Source: Tubiluchus corallicola (lineage: Eukaryota > Animalia > Priapulida). Taken from it: a stretch of 7,255 nucleotides of DNA. Below, piece after piece: positions 6,129 to 7,255 of the stretch. Under the pieces are notes generated by a model that saw nothing but the letters and a program-made list of their open reading frames with translations, did not search any database and was not told where the DNA came from. Both the position numbers and the translations under genes were made by a program. The stretch covers positions 1 through 7,255 of the forward strand of contig JAQGDQ010002233.1 in the NCBI GenBank assembly GCA_030141605.1, in the 5' to 3' direction. Within the stretch, counting starts at the first letter, position 1, and each line of letters starts with the position of its first letter.

Positions 6129-7189
6129 CTGAAAAAGTGCACAATGCACAAAATAAAAAATTAACATCGATTTATCGACGTCTGGATGAAATTTACGTAC
6201 AATTCCAGATTCTGATGCCACAGGGTAACGTCTGGCTAGTTGCGCTGCTTAATCCAACGGTCAGAATGGACAATGGTTTAGTGTTTGCTTTCACTTTTCA
6301 AGAATCGCGTTTAAGCCCCAATTGAATTGTTTCGTTTAACTTTAACGTTACGAACTTCGCGAGCAAAAAACACGAAATATTAATTAATATAGTAGCTTAT
6401 CATTGATCACATTGTCTGCACGCACCATCAGCATTTAATTACGATAAATTTTCCGTAAGCGAACAACTCAACATGGAGCGTCCAGTGTTTAGAACTGCAA
6501 ATAATTTGATGTTCTAGATTTGCAAGGCTATGCAGCGTGTTTTCGTGCACCTAGCTTTGTGCAGTTCAGTCTTTACAATCGCCACAGTTCTTTCTGTCAC
6601 AGTTTCACGACATTCCTAGACTTGAGTAACGAACGTAATTAGCTCAACTACTCGGCGCAACCGTATCCGTTATCGTACTGTATTCGCACGCCTGTTACCT
6701 ACTGTCATATACCAAACAAGCTACAGTATAAATTATGGGCCTCTTATAAGGTAAAACGAGGAACTACATGAACAAAAATTCTTAGAAAACCACAATGGAG
6801 TCCGTTGCACCGTACGTAAAAATTCAACATATCTACGAGTCTCTGTATCGACTGTATCAATGTATAAGTTTCTAGTGCTGGGCCAGTTCCATTAGCAACG
6901 GGGGGTGGGGTTGTTGGTGCTTGATCAGTGAGGGACAACTATTAAAGCTCATTAACTCATTTTAGCAGTTTTTTAGCGAAGAAGCGGGAAATAATTTGTT
7001 ACTAGATTTAATCAGACGCACTTGCTGCAGCATGTTCCATTCAGTTATCGGTCGAATGCGTCCGTGTGTTGCCGAACTCCCGCTCTGCGACATGGGACGA
7101 TTTTCGAAACGTGAGCAAAACCCGTAGGCCATACAAGCAAGTCAAGGCAGTACCACGTCGGTCCGAAAACAGGCAAAGTCAAGGTCTGT

Positions 7190-7245
7190 TATATATATAT
7201 ATATATATATATAAGTACTATATATATATATAGTACTGATATATA
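7190..7245. repeat. (TA)12 microsatellite followed by the perfect 24-bp palindrome AGTACT(AT)6AGTACT
   Basis: (TA)12 at 7190-7213 and the palindrome at 7214-7237. Confidence 0.9.
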
Positions 7246-7255
7246 AATATACTTA

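Noticed and set aside
6873-6883. hAT-like TIR start TAGTGCTGGGC
   Set aside because: I saw no matching inverted end or 8-bp TSD.
3306-6938. ORFs 3306-3506, 4527-4712, 5508-5723, 5882-6151, 6047-6325 and 6744-6938 as genes
   Set aside because: They are short, lack recognisable motifs, and several cross transposon boundaries. 4527-4712 overlaps the real LINE frame on the opposite strand.

Overview
AT-rich, repeat-dense eukaryotic DNA, most likely intronic or intergenic sequence from an invertebrate (inference). There is no intact protein-coding gene, RNA gene or CRISPR array. The window holds two minisatellites (38-bp and 20-bp units). A ~500-bp bipartite, internally deleted RTE-clade retroposon sits inside a (TA)n tract. 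There are four minus-strand, 5'-truncated LINE 3' ends of the CR1/L2 group; three are one family, and one retains an ORF2 C-terminus that the ORF track missed. Also present are a 422-bp TTAA-flanked piggyBac-type MITE, a second probable MITE, tiny CAAGG-capped palindromic elements in (TA)n microsatellites, several hairpins and one low-confidence minus-strand exon. All family assignments come from motif recognition by eye, not database searches. I see no evidence for a wholly new biological system. The most interesting pattern is that several unrelated mobile elements converge on, and nest within, (TA)n tracts.
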